64,000 nucleotides of DNA from the human T2T-CHM13v2.0 reference genome, Homo sapiens. Location of the stretch: assembly GCF_009914755.1 (NCBI RefSeq), contig NC_060939.1. One strand, given 5' to 3'. Positions within the stretch are counted from its first letter, which is position 1. Each line of letters begins with the position of its first letter. This document shows, piece by piece, positions 10,871-24,925 of this stretch. Below the pieces are notes generated by a model. It had not been told where the DNA came from. It saw only the letters and a program-made list of their open reading frames with translations, and did not search any database. The position numbers were made by a program, and so were the translations under genes.

Positions 10871-12165
10871 AATATCTAGGTTAGTTTGTCCATCTATGAA
10901 AAGAGGATAATCTTAATTCTAAATTCTTAGAATTATTAGAATAATAATGTAAGTTGAAATTATTCCAGTATCTGGCCCTTCACAAGTTTTAGTATAACAC
11001 CAGTGAGAAAAATTTGCAGATTGTTCTGTGTAGACCAGAAATCAGAAGGTGATAAAGGGGCAATTAGATTTGAATAATCCGGAGATATGAAGTGTATTTG
11101 GTATTCACCTCCTTCTATTTCTCTATGAAGACAAAATGGATAGATGACCTCTCCATGTGAAATGGGACACATAAGTTTTTAAGATGATTCTGAAAGACAG
11201 TTCCTTATACAATCACTCAGGTGATGTTCCAAACACAGGGCTGTGGAGGGGATGGTGGCTGCCGGTGGTTGCTGTCAGCCACAGGGTTGGTTTGTTTCCC
11301 ACAGGTTCCAGAAATAGTTTCTAATAACAAATGTCATATTTTGTTTAGAATTGATTTATTTTTTATAATTTATTTTCTCCCTGTAGGCAGCACTCAGAAG
11401 TATGTTCTCAGAATAATTCCTGATCCTCTGTGAGTTCCTGGTGCAGCTCCTGGAGGCAAAGCCTGCATGGGGGAGGGAGCCCTCCTCACATGCAGCCCTG
11501 AGGCTGCCACGTCACTTCACCCACCGTTGCCCTTCAGTCACTTCCTGAACACTTATGAGTTGATCTTCCTGAAACATGTGGTATTTGGCAGTGTCTTTCC
11601 CAGGTAAGATAATACTTCCATTCTGTTTATCCCTGCAGGCACCTGTCCCTTTCTGGAATATAAATTGGTTTCGATTGTGTGGTAGTGGATAAGTGGGGGG
11701 AGGAGGTTTGTGTGCATCTTGTCATCTTCCAGAGTGCACCCCTCATGGGGTTGACAGTGACAAGCATGCAGATGGGCTTGCTCAGCTGGAAGATGACAGG
11801 CATTTTGGTAACCTGTGACCCCAGTGAGGCTCTCTCGCTGCAAGATCAATCAGGCTCAGGCCTCTGGCTAAAGTGCAGCCAGCAAGGGGTCCAGTGCCCA
11901 ACCCTGAGAGCTCCTTCCAGGTACCAAACCACTTTCTAAGGGAAGCTTTTTTCCTGCCTGGATCCCATGCATGTGTTTGTATTTTCTTCACAAAGGCCTT
12001 TATCCAGAAACACCCCCCAAGAGCTTATAGTGTTTTGAATTCAACTGAAGGGCATTATTCATGAAAGCCCTCATGGCCAAAGTCTTCACTTCTCATTAAA
12101 GGACATTGATTATGGGATTCACCAGAAGCTGCTGGCCTTTCACAGGCACAGACCTTCCTCTACAC

Positions 12166-12492
12166 CAGTGGTCCCCAACATTTTTGGCACCAGGGAACGG
12201 TTTCGTGGCAGACAATTTTTCCATGGATGATGGCGGTGAGTGATTATGGGATGAACTTACTCCACCTGCATTCATCAAGCATTAGATTCTCATAGGGAGC
12301 ACTCAAACTAGGTCCTTTGCATGCCCAGTTCACAATAGAATTTGGATCCTAGGAGAATCTAGTGCACAGCTGATCTGACAAGAGGCGGAGCTCAGGCAGT
12401 GATGCTCACCCGCCGCTCACCTGCTGTGCTGCCTGGTTTCTAACAGGCTGCTGACCAGTTCTGGTTCACTGCCTAGGGGTTGGGGACCTCTG
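12166..12492. mobile_element. MER1B-like hAT-Charlie MITE
   Basis: TIRs CAGTGGTCCCCAAC / GTTGGGGACCTCTG; internal GCATTAGATTCTCATA and GAGGCGGAGCTCAGGC; degenerate 8-bp TSD ctctacac/ctgtaaat. Confidence 0.85.
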
Positions 12493-13245
12493 CTGTAAAT
12501 GCTTGGAGACCTTACCCTCTGGGAAGGGGCATAGAAAAACAAGTCAGATGAGCTCCAAATCAATGTACATTTTATGGATTCTTGAGGAAAGAGTGCAAAG
12601 AGGAACGTCCCCACCCACTTTCCCTCTACCTGGCATCATTCCCAGTAATCCGCTTGAGGAACCCGGGGTGTTTCAAGATAGTTTAGGCTTGTTATACTAG
12701 GGGACGCCAGAAAAGGAAACAATTAATGTGTCCATGCGGGTTTGTCAGTTGCAAGTTATTACTTCAGTGCAGGGTATTGATCACGGAGAAGTCTGTGCGT
12801 ATCTTGGGCAGGAATACATGGGAACTCTGTTTCTTCTACTCAAATTTGCTGTGATCCTAAAAGTGTTTTAAAATAAATGTAATGTAAAAAAAGTGGCAAA
12901 GACATTTTGGAAGAAATGTTGGCCACTTCTTAGAAATTATGTTTAGTCTTACCACGTGATAAAGCAATCCTGCTCCAAATGATTTATCCATTCGATTTTA
13001 AAATGTTATGTCCCCACAAGGCTTCCATGGGAGTGTTTGCATCAGCCTGATTGATTGCTGCCTTTCCCACTCTGTGAATTTTACTTACAGGGTGAAAGTT
13101 GAAAAGACTATTTCCTATATAATTAGAGTGTATACATCTTTCTATTGCTTCTTTTCCTCAATTACTTAACCCATTTTCTAAACACGTTTAAACCTCATAA
13201 ATCCTGTCATCTTCTCACCCCCAGCACAGCTGCCTCCTTCCTCAA

Positions 13246-13284
13246 GGTTTCTGACACTCTCAGGATGTGGGTTTTCACACTGCG
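13246..13284 (-). promoter_or_regulatory. V(D)J recombination signal sequence, 23-bp spacer, defective heptamer
   Basis: Heptamer CGCAGTG (13278-13284; CAC>CGC), spacer TGAAAACCCACATCCTGAGAGTG (23 nt), IGHV1-type nonamer TCAGAAACC (13246-13254). Confidence 0.92.
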
Positions 13285-13711
<427 letters not shown>

Positions 13712-13817
13712 GGTGAGGTGCCGTGCTCTGGGGGCTTCTGTAGGGGAGGGATGTGGTTGTTGTGTGATGCTCTCTGGGCAAGGACAGATCTGTATGTACC
13801 TCGGTAGACAGCAGTGC

Positions 13818-13825
13818 ATTTGCAT
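13818..13825 (-). promoter_or_regulatory. Immunoglobulin octamer ATGCAAAT of the IGHV promoter
   Basis: Perfect octamer about 107 bp upstream of the leader ATG; the TATA-like box appears decayed (TACATA). Confidence 0.9.
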
Positions 13826-14450
13826 ATTCACGAGGCAGGTATTTCATAGCTCAAGGCACCTCAACCTGAGGAAGAAGATAGGTGACACACGGACCACGCC
13901 ACAGTGGGATGCAGAGCTCCCTGCCCTGAACTTTGTTTAATGATATTTGCCCTCTGTTATGCTCAGAAGTCCATGAAGACAGAACTCGTTTTACAGAAAA
14001 CCAGAATCTCCCAGGACATTGTCCTCAATGTCATTTCTTGTTCATATGGCACCCTGACAACCTGAACTTTTCCTGGGCCTTGACCTCTGCACATCTAAAT
14101 TCTGGGATGAGTGTATCTTCCGACAGTAACACCCATTGAATTAATAAAACCACTCTTCAATTCCTAACTATAAATACATTTGAAAAGACTAGACATTTCT
14201 CCTTTTAAATGCTGTTTGCATTCAATTATTTGGTTAGGTATAGGCTACATATATAATAGAATACTTAAAGACACATCAGTACTTACTACATTCTTATTTA
14301 GATTTTAGGTTATTATTGCTTTGAAACAAAGAACATTCAATTCCTGAGAGAAAACCCCTCCCCAGCCTCCTGTGAACCTGCTCCAGGGCTGGATCCTGTG
14401 CTGGGTGCGCCCTGAGCGCCCCCTGCAGCTCAGCTCCTGCCCTGCAGGAA

Positions 14451-14690
14451 AGTTCCTGTCTGGGCTCATAGAGAATTCTCCTCCCAGCGTCTCAAGCACA
14501 GTATGAAGTGGCCTTGCCCTGACTCAGAATGCTCTTTCAATGGCAGCAATTGCTTCTCCCACCATCTCTTACAGTAGCAAATAGGCCTTAGAACACCCGA
14601 CATAATCTACCGGGAGACCTCAGCACAGCAACAAGGAATCACTAAAGCCACCAGGGAGCCCCTTCCCTGGAGTTCTAGGTGCACTGATAG
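14451..14690 (-). pseudogene. Highly decayed IGHV relic (FR2 to RSS)
   Basis: CCAGGGAAGGGGCT (PGKGL) at ~14657-14670; GCC ACT TCA TAC TGT GCT (Cys at 14498-14500) 170 nt downstream; heptamer-like CGCTGGG (14483-14489), 23-nt spacer ending GAGCCCAG, nonamer-like ACAGGAACT (14451-14459), then an IGHV-type CCTGCAGG flank. Confidence 0.65.
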
Positions 14691-15802
14691 GGTCCGGACA
14701 CATGGCAAGTCTAGGAACCGATGGGAACTTTGGGGCAGCCTCTATTTTTTTTTAGGATTCTGTGGTTGACGATCACATCAGATTGTAACTTTACACAAAG
14801 ACCCTATGTCTCAAAGCACCCCCCCCACACACACACATACACTCACAGTGGCACATTTGCACAGTAACGAGACTCAGATTTGCCCTCCTTCCAAGTGTCT
14901 TGTCAATGAAAAGTGCTTCCAACACTGGCCATAGTCCTGCTTGTGTTTGTTGTTGTTATTTTTTCCAGACAGAGCTAAAGCAAGCTCAGTATTACTGGAG
15001 ATTTGGAAAGTACCTTCATGTTCTCTTTGCCAGTTCTCACCTGGGAACCCTGCAGATGCCCCATGAGAAGTAAATCTAAGGCCATTGAGGGAGAGGCTGT
15101 GACCTTGTTCCTGAAGCTGTTGTTCTCAGAGGCTTTGAATCACTTCACTGTCCTTGACTTGTTCTCTCCCACTGCCTTTGGTTTCCCTAAGTTGTAGTGT
15201 TTGGACAGAGTCTGTGCATTATCACACTTTTCTCTTTAATCCAGATTAATCCTATTGGTGAGGAGGGGAGGTGATGCAGTGGACAGGGGAGCAGTATATG
15301 TTCTGGAAATTGACTTCCAATGTTTTCTTGCTGTGTTTTCTCTAGGCTGCACCCTTTACAAGGAGTCTCCAGTGGTACAGCGGATTTTCCTCCATCCTCC
15401 ACTTCCCCTCCTGGCTGCAGCATCCACAGATTATTTTCTTGAATCTGACCCCAGTTGTTTATTAATTATACCCCTTTTCATGACACGGGAAGGCTAAGAT
15501 GAAGCTGTCTGGGATGGAAAAGAATCCCTTCCTCTCACATAGAATAAAGATCTTGAAAAGTATTTTGTCTCTGTAGCATCTGTTAGGAGAAAGTTCTGGG
15601 CATATTTATCACAGAATAGTTCTCCTGACGACAGAGCTACGAGTGATTCTGTTTGGACTCTCATCTTGAGAACCCAGAATTTTCTGGAGGGAAATTCCAT
15701 GATAGTGTGGGGTGTGTGGCCCCCCAGGAGTTCTTACCCCATCCCTGTCCACACCTGTCCTCCAGACATTTATGGAATTACCATGTTTCCGCCAGCTTGT
15801 GC

Positions 15803-16546
15803 TGTCAACTGAAGAATCACCCAATTTATTGATTTAGAAAGGGGACTTTATTTCTGAGAAAGGATTGAAGCTGCAGGACGGCCATCTTAACAGGCTGGGA
15901 AGCAAAGCCTCCCACAGAGACATTGAGCAGGTACTTCAAGACAGGGAAAGACGAGAAATGAATTCATGTGAATGCGTTGGCCAAGTATACACACTCAGCA
16001 GGCTATAGGAGCTGTGGATATTCACATGGCAGGCATGCTCTCAGGTCTAATAATCAGACAGACACGCTACATGCACTTCATGTTTGCTTTGGGGTGAGGA
16101 CTTAAGAACTAACTGAATTACAGTTGGGCCCTGCACATCAAAAGGGCTTTGTGCAGGGGCGGAAAAAAAACACAGTGCACAGCCTCTGGAAATTGGTGAG
16201 GCCAAGTCTATGGTCAGTGGTCTCTTTTCAGGAGAAAGTTACTGAAATCCATCTCTTGTCCAATCAAAGCTCTATTTATGGCTTGTGAAACAAGGTCACA
16301 ATTACTCCATGTCTGAAGTTCCATGAACTGCAAATGTTTTAATATTGCTTATCTCAGGACCAGTGCTTGTTTAGCTGTTAGAGAAAAACAAAAAGCCCTG
16401 TGGCAGTCACAACATAGTCTATTTTTTAAGTGTAGGGGTGAGTGACTTAATCCCTGCCTGGCATGGCCTTAGGTCTTGTTTATAATTGGGTATCTTATTG
16501 CCACAGAAAGTTTGTCCCGTCAGTGTTATGATCTCTATTTTAATGT
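15803..16546 (-). mobile_element. ERV1 LTR of the MER4 group (MER65/MER49-like)
   Basis: TGTCAACTGAAGAAT...CAGGCTGGGAAGC...GGCATGGCCTTAGGTCTTGTTTATAATT.GGTATCTTATTGCCACA; subfamily uncertain. Confidence 0.6.
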
Positions 16547-18169
16547 CTTTCTAGTTTTTGGGTCCTGGTTTTCCCTGCAATTTCATTTCTTCAATAGATC
16601 CAAGAAATCATTGATAATCAATTTTCCAGACTTTTATTATGGTAAGAATGTGGGTGATGATTGACATGCTCTTTACATATTAAAGCAGAAATCTGAAGTA
16701 GCTTCAGAGATCACGAGTGACGTGAAACAAGTAGAAGGAATCTCATCTCATTAAGTGTAAGTGGCACCACGCAGATATAGCTCAACATACAGTGACACAG
16801 AAGAATCACAGCACATGACACATATGTGAAGTTTTTATGATTCTGAGCCTTTGCCCAGGAAGCTGTAACTCAGATGGTACTACAGGGATGGACTCAGTTC
16901 TCTCTCAGGTGATACTGTTTTGGAAGCTTATTTCCACTCTTGCACTGGATTCAGTAGCTGCACCTGGGCCCATACCCCTAAAACAAACTCTCATTAATTA
17001 AACACAAGACCCATCAATAAGAAAGTTGTCCCAGGGAAGGTGCACAGCAGGGACCTCTGCTTTTGGGAACCTGTGGCTATGCAGGCAGGGTCAGGAGTGT
17101 GACCCATTTTCTTCTCCTCCCCCTGCCTGCTGCACAGACAACTGAAACCAGGAGCTTTCCATTGCTAAGTATATAAAATACGTGATAGTTCCAGGGAAAT
17201 GTAATACACATATGAAGGAATGAGGAACCTACATAAAATTAAAATAAAATGAATATATTAAATATACAACACTGTAAGAGATAATCACGGAAAAGACAAC
17301 AAATATAAAAAACCTGTGTGTATACGTGTGACATAGTGTTCTTGTAAATTAAATCGTAATTTGCTTATGAAGTCCTTCAAGTAGGTACAGAATATTTGCC
17401 TTTTGATTGCCACAAAGATGAAGAATCTGGCACCAAGACTCCAGGGCCATGCTAGTGACTTTCCCTCCTATCTCCTGAGGACACGGTGCTTCCAACTCTG
17501 AGGATCAGGATACTGAAATTGACTGTGTGAGAAGAGAAAGTGGGATTTTCTGTGGGAAAAGACTGTTTTGAGCATAATTTTCAAGTAATAAATATATTCT
17601 ACCAGGAGACACACTGCCATCATGCTGACGGTGTATGTTGCTTTTGACATTAACATTATGATCATCAATATTATTGGGGTGTTCCCTAGAAAATGACCAA
17701 TTATCACAGAATTAACGAGTCATTTTCATTTTAGTTTTTTTTCACACTTCCAGCTAAATCCACTGAGTTTACTGAGTTTGAGCATGGAAATTTCAGGGCA
17801 TGGGTTACAAATGATGGAGTGGAAGTTTTCCTGGGAGTTAGATATAGTTTCGCTAAAGGAGAACCAAGGATTTTGCTAGAAGCTCCCCTCCTGGTCTATC
17901 CCAGCACCTGCTCCTCAGTGTGCCCCTTCCTGTCTGACTCCTAAGCATCTCTGTGGTCCTGGACAATGCATGTCTGGGGCATCTGTTTCCTAGATGTGCA
18001 TCCACAGGGCAGGCTGCTGTCCCTAATTGTTGAGAGGGAGCTTAGCCTGGATCCACCCAGGTGGCCCCACCCTGAGCACTGAGCTTCCTCCCAGCAAGGA
18101 GACAGGGTCAGCTGAGCGCCTCCACTTCACAGAAATTCTAGGAGGCAAATTCAGTCAAATCTCAACATA

Positions 18170-18680
18170 GTTTTGGCATGCAATCCAGCACCCATGCTCC
18201 TAGGTATTTATCTATCTGACTTTCAATGTATGACCACAAAGAAAACTACACATGAATAATCACAGTAAGTTCATTCATATTTGTCAAAACTAGGAACACT
18301 CAAGAAGTTCTGTAGGTGAGTAGATAAACAGTCGGCGGTAAATTCATAGAATAATATTCAGCAATTATAAACAAGAGCTATCAAACCATAAAAATACATA
18401 AATGAATTTTAAATGCATATTGTTAAGTGAAAGAAACAAGTCTGAAAAAGCTACATAATATGTTATTTATTTGATATTCTGGAGAAGTCCAAACACACAA
18501 AGTGATTCTGTATTTGCGAGAAATTTAAGGAGATGATGAAAATGGGTAAAAAATAGATTTAAAAGGGTGATGAAAGTATTATGTATAATATTATAATGGT
18601 AAATATGTGATATGAATTTGTTGAAATCAACAGAATATACAGCATAAAGGGTTAATTCCAATTCACAAAAATATAAATAA
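18170..18680 (+). mobile_element. Old L1M 3' fragment
   Basis: CTCCTAGGTATTTA...ATTGTTAAGTGAAAGAAACAAGTCTGAAAAAGCTACATA resembles the L1M ORF2 end/3'UTR. Confidence 0.55.
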
Positions 18681-19802
18681 ATAGGAGATTAGGAATTCCA
18701 GGATAGAATGCAGACAATATAGAAAATATCTAATGTCATTACAAATGTATGAAATCAGAAGAGGTGCCAAGTGACCTCAGAAATAGTGTAGTCAATAAAA
18801 GAATAAAGAAAGTGCACGTCAGAACTGTACCCCAGCTGATGATGTTCCACAAAAGAGCAAAACATACACAATCTGGTTCCACTCTACAGAAATCCTGGAA
18901 CTGGACTACAAAGGGAATAGACAGGGTGTGGCAGGAGGGGGTTCCTCACGGTTGGAGTGCGAGGTTAGGGACAGGAATAGAAGGTAGGTAATAAACATTC
19001 ATGTGGTATTAACTTAGGGCAGATGTGTCAATATATTTGCAAGTTTAGCATAATATAGGTATAAAAATTAAATAAAAATAGTTTAGATGTGTGTGTATAT
19101 ATGGGTTAATACACAACACATACCTCCTAGAGTCATTACCTGAGAGGTTCTACAAGAAAAGACAGCAAATTAACAAAAAATACACCCAGAATCAAGATTT
19201 GAGTTTTGGTTCCTTTCATAGCAGAATGGTATGCAACATTTCTTGGAAAAATGGCTAATCCTAGGGCTTGGAAAGAGAATATAGGAGTAAAGTCTACAAT
19301 TTCTCATGGTACCCAGAAAATAAGAAAGGGTTCCAAAATGAAGAATCGCTCCTTTTGCAAACCTTATGGTAACAAATATAATATTTATAAAAAGTGAATT
19401 AGGTAATATGTTAATGGAGAAATAAACATCATTATGAAATGCTATCTTAAACAAAAAATAAGAGAAAATATTAGTTTAAAAATAGAACTTATAGTCGATT
19501 TAAAAAAGCAAGACCAAACTCTTAGCTATGCACAAGAAAGTTACTTTACACATTCACAAATATAAAAGGATGAGAAAACATGGATTATGAAAATATGAAC
19601 CGAAATAAAGCTATAGTAGCTGTGCAAATTTCAGACAAAATAGACATCAGAAAAGACTTTTAGGACTTAACAGGGATATTACATAGGATAAAGTTACCAC
19701 TTTTTTTTAAAGATGCCAAAAAAGACTTAACAAATATATAATAGAAGAAGAATACCCCATTCATTGTGATTTACAGAACGTGACAAAAGAAATAAAGATG
19801 TC

Positions 19803-19968
19803 AGTGACACCATGCACGGAAGGGTGTCCTGGGGACTGTGAGGCTTCTTTGTACTCATGGAGGGCACCACCAAGAACTTCCTCTTCAATTTCTCCCTGTA
19901 GCCGCCCACACCAGCCCTGGTCTTGGAGGCTGCTGAACCACGATTATGCTGCCATCAGTGAAGGAAGC
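19803..19968 (-). pseudogene. IGHV clan III (IGHV(III)-type) relic, truncated at both ends
   Basis: Minus strand CTTCACTGATGGCAGCATAATCGTGGTTCAGCAGCCTCCAAGACCAGGGCTGGTGTGGGCGGCTACAGGGAGAAATTGAAGAGGAAG...CCTCCATGAGTACAAAGAAG..CACAGTCCCCAGGACACCCTT; translates SFTDGSIIVVQQPPRPGLVW (cf. FR2 [12 protein letters not shown]); resembles recalled IGHV(III)-25-1/-67-4-type sequences. Confidence 0.75.
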
Positions 19969-22508
19969 TGAAATTGTGAAAGTGAAACACCATGGCTGGT
20001 CATGTGCCAGATGATGTTGTGTTCTGCAAAGTATCTCCAATCCTGGGTTGGATCCAGTAGGTGCACTTGGGCACCCAAACCGGAAACAGGGATTCTTGTT
20101 CCTTAAACACAAGACATTCCAATGAGAAAGCTGCTCTCAGATGAGTTGCAGATCAGGCAGGAGGAGATGGAGGTGTCCTTGGCTTCCCAGAATTGCTGAA
20201 ACTTGAAGACCAAGGCCACCTCTGAGAGGCAGAGACCCACTTGAGTACATGGCATCAGCTCTGTCTTCAGGAATCTTTGGCTGTGTGGGAGGATAAAGGA
20301 TGTGATTTCTTTCTTTCTCTCACCCAACGTGCTTCAGAGACAGTAAAATGGAAAATTAAATAAATATGTTTTCTTTCCATGTTAGGGGAGAGAACATGTA
20401 TAATTCATGGCAATACAAGTGCTCACTTCAGAGCCTGCAGGAGCAGCAAGTGCACAATTGACGGTCGCAAGTACTCTACCCCAGGAAGCAGATGCCCTGA
20501 GATCATCCCGAGTCCTGCCCTCTGGATGCCATGCATCTGTGGGACATGGGCTTGTGCCTGGGATCTTGTAGCTAGTGTGGAGAGCTGAGCACAGCTCCAT
20601 TCCTCCACACTGTGTGACCTAGGATGTGGTCTCTTCCTCAGAGCTTTATTCTAATAAGGTGTTAATATAAAATAGCAGCAGTAACTTTACCTGTAACGTT
20701 TTAGGTAGGAGCCAGTGCTGTTCAGAATCGTTAACCACCGTTGCTGCCTCCACCCTTAGAAACCGGAAAAATACCTGTGTGACCTGTCATCTCAGGCCTC
20801 AGATGACCACATTGCAGAGAGCACACCTGCTTTGTTTCTGTCACTAACATTGTATTGGATACTGGAAAACATGTGTACCTGGTTATAGAATGTATCTTAA
20901 TTAGGTTATATTGGATAAAATTAGAATTAGTAGGTGACACTTAAAACTTAGCTGAGGGGATTTCTAAGCAAAGTGTGGATGGTGTGTTTTGATTTCTCCT
21001 TGCTTAATATAATGAGAGGAGATAGATAAATCAAAGAGGAAACTATTGAACAATGTGGAATGAGGTATTTTATAAGGAAGGAAGGCTCTCACATCTTCTG
21101 GAAACCCCATAAACTTTTAAAAAATAAAGGAACTTTAAGACACATTTCTACATTCTAGATACATGACTAATATAAACTTGGATTTTAGTGCAAAAAGAGG
21201 TTAATTTTCACAGAAGATGAAAATTAATTAGATGAATATTCATACACAATCTACAATTTTGTCTTTACATATTTTTGAAATTTAAATAAATTGCATCAAT
21301 ATTATGTATCCTTCTGCAACTTGCTTTATGTTTGGTTTGTGGAAGGGGAGTTTACATCATTCATTTTCAGTTCCGAATATATCCAACTGTATGAATATAT
21401 CTTATTTATCTGTTCTCCTGTTCTGTGTTGTTTCCAACTTTTAATTAATATTAACAATGTTATATTGAACATTGTTCATACACATGAGAGTTTCTCTATG
21501 TCAAGGAGAGAGTTCCTTAGTCATAGAGTGTAAGTATCTTTATCCTTTTTAAAAATTGTAAATTATTCTTCAATCTGATTGTACCAGTATATAATTCCAC
21601 CAGTGGTTGGAGAGAATTTCCACTGATGTACATTCTTTGTCAAACACCTGATACTGTCAAGTTTTAAAATTTACCATCCTGATGAGCATTAAATGCATGT
21701 TTTATTTGCACTTTCTTGATTACTACTGAAGTTGAGTATATTACCCATATGTTTACTGCTAACTCAAGTTTCCTCTTCAGTGAATCATCTGTTTATATTC
21801 TTCATGATCCTAACAGATGTTCTTTTTCTAATTTATTTGCACGATTTTGCATATGTTTAGGATACAAATCCATTGTATCCTAGATAAACTGCAAATATCT
21901 TCTTTCACTTTGTGCCTTGTCTTTTCACTTTTTATGGTATCTTTTAAAGTACTTTTTATTCTAATGGTCAAATTTATCTTTTTCCTGTATGATTTATGTG
22001 TACTTATTGTTTTAGAAATCCTTCCTTAATCCAAGGTGATAATACTATTATCCTGCACTTTCGAAGAGTTTTAAATTTTGCTTTCACATTTTTACTAGCT
22101 TTACTGAGGTATACTACACATACCGCAAAATTCACACACTTTGTAAATGAACAATTGACTTTAAAGAATTACATAGAGTCATGCCACTATCATTACAATA
22201 GAGTTGTAGATCATTTTTATCATCCTAAAAAGTTCCCTGTGCCCACTGGCAGTTAATTCCCACTCCCATTGCTAGCCCCATTTAACCACTTATTTGCATT
22301 CTGGACATTTAATATAAACAGAAGCATACAGTATACAGTTTTTTTGCATCTGGCTTCTTTCACTTAGCATTAATAGTTTTAGGACTCATTATGCCATAGT
22401 ATGCATCGGCAGTTTGTTTCCTTTTAATTGCACAATAGTATTCCATGTATGGCCATAAAACATTTGGTTTATCCATTCATCAGCTGATTGACTTTTGGAT
22501 TGTTTCTA

Positions 22509-22868
<360 letters not shown>

Positions 22869-24779
22869 GTACTAAGAATATTCATGCAAAGTCTGGCTAT
22901 GAACATGTTATCACTTCTTTTGGATACATTCCTAAGTATTGTAATACTTTTTAAGAAATTAGGAAATCCTTTTGGAACATGGCTGCAGGATTTTGCATTC
23001 CATCAGCAATACATAAGCATTCAATAAGTAGTCTGTGCTGTGGTTTTGTTTCCATTCAGTTCTAACTAACGTCTAATGTTCTTTATTTCTTTTTTGACTC
23101 AAGAATTAGTTATGTTCTTTACCTCCAAATACCTTGCAATTTCTCAAACCTCTTTCATTCAAATTTAATTGTGTGGTCAGGTAATATACTTTGATTTATT
23201 AGTTTTTAAATTTACTGAGACTTGTTTTATGTTTTATAGCCCAACTCATAATACATTTTGGAGAAAGCTGCATGTGCACTTGAAAACAATTTTGCTAGCT
23301 TTAGGTGGAGTGTTTTATAAATGCCAAAATATTGCCCAATAGGATGTCGAACAGGGGTGGTGAAACCAGGCTTTCATTATTTGTTAGTTATTCAAAGGGG
23401 ATGCTTCTAACATTTCATTACTAAACTGGACTGTGGAAAGTTTTCAGTAGATGTATGTTACCAGATTTAAGAAATTATTTTCTATTTGTGGTTTGCTAAA
23501 AATTTTTATGATGAATGATACCGAATTTTAAAAAATTTTTTGCACACATCATAATTATATAGCCATTCTCCTGTTAATAAATAGATGAAATGTTGTCCTG
23601 ATGTTAAACCACCTTTACATTCTATCACTACCCTCAACTTGGTTAAGCTGTATACTTTTAAAAAGTAACCGATAGACTCATGTTCATAGGGGAGATTGAC
23701 CATAAATTTCCCTTATAATTCCCTTGTAATTGGATAATCCATATCCAATTTTGGTGAATAAAATTTCATCTAATTTTATTAGGTGAAACAGTGGCTGATT
23801 CCTTCTTTATCTAGCTAGGCATGGGAAATTATAAGTGAAAATACAGATTTTTGGCCTTGCCGTTACTCTGTTTAATAGTCTCGCTTTGTGTTTCATTCCC
23901 TTCTGCCCTTCATTATTTCTTTTGCCTTCTTAGGCTGACAATTAATGAGGTAAGCATAACTGAGAACCTAGAAAAATGAAAATCTAAGTACCTTTCTGCT
24001 TTCAATATAAATGTTTACAACTATGAATTTTCTCTAATATCATTTAGACCTAATCTCACAAGTGTAAATATACATATTTTTTAACATTTTTACTGCATTT
24101 TATAATTTGCATAATGAATAACTTCTTGTTATAGTTATTTAGAAGACACATATTTCTATTTTCTAACTTTAATTTTTGTCATTGATTTCTTGTTTAATTG
24201 CACTGTTTGCAGAGAAAGTCATCTGCATGACAATTTATTTAAATTTATTAAGCCTCCTTTATGGCCTCATTTAAATAATTTCTATAGTTCTGTGTGCTTA
24301 AAAAGAATGTGTATGATACTCAAGCCAATGGATTTTTTTTTTTCAAATTATACTTTTGAGATTTTTTGTAACTGATCTTTTAAGGAGAAAAATATGTTAA
24401 AATGTGTAAAATACTCTTCCAAATTTAGTCAATAATAGATTTCTATAACTCACCTACACTAAGTGTATATGCATTTGAAACTGTTTTACGTTCCTAGTGA
24501 ATTATACCTTTTTCATAATATGGTGCCCCCTTCATCCTCATTAATTTTTTTGCCTTAAAATTTTTATATATTTAAATAATGCAATACCAGCTTTTAACAT
24601 TTAATTTTTAGAATAAGTAGTACATTTACTTAGTTAAAAATATATGATGACATAAAAAGATACACAGAGAGATTTTACAACTCATCTGTTACATTTACAC
24701 ATCACTCACAGCTCCCCCATACAAGTGAACACTTTATGATTTCTCATTTCCATACCACTTTCCCCTTCTCTTTTAAACG

Positions 24780-24925
24780 CACTTCATTTTTAGAGCAGTT
24801 TTAGGTTCACAGTAAAACTGAGCAGAAAGCAGGGAGTCCCATATGTCCCTACCCCTACATACACACAGGTTTCCCCACTGTCAACATCCCTCACCATAGT
24901 AGTATATTTGTTATAACTGCCTATT
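24780..24925 (-). mobile_element. L1MC-like 3' end fragment
   Basis: TTTTTAGAGCAGTTTTAGGTTCACAGTAAAACTGAGCAGAAAG. Confidence 0.6.

Noticed and set aside
17990-18140. CACCTGGGTGGATCCAGGCT (minus strand) as another IGHV FR2
   Set aside because: No correctly spaced Cys, FR3 or RSS motif nearby.
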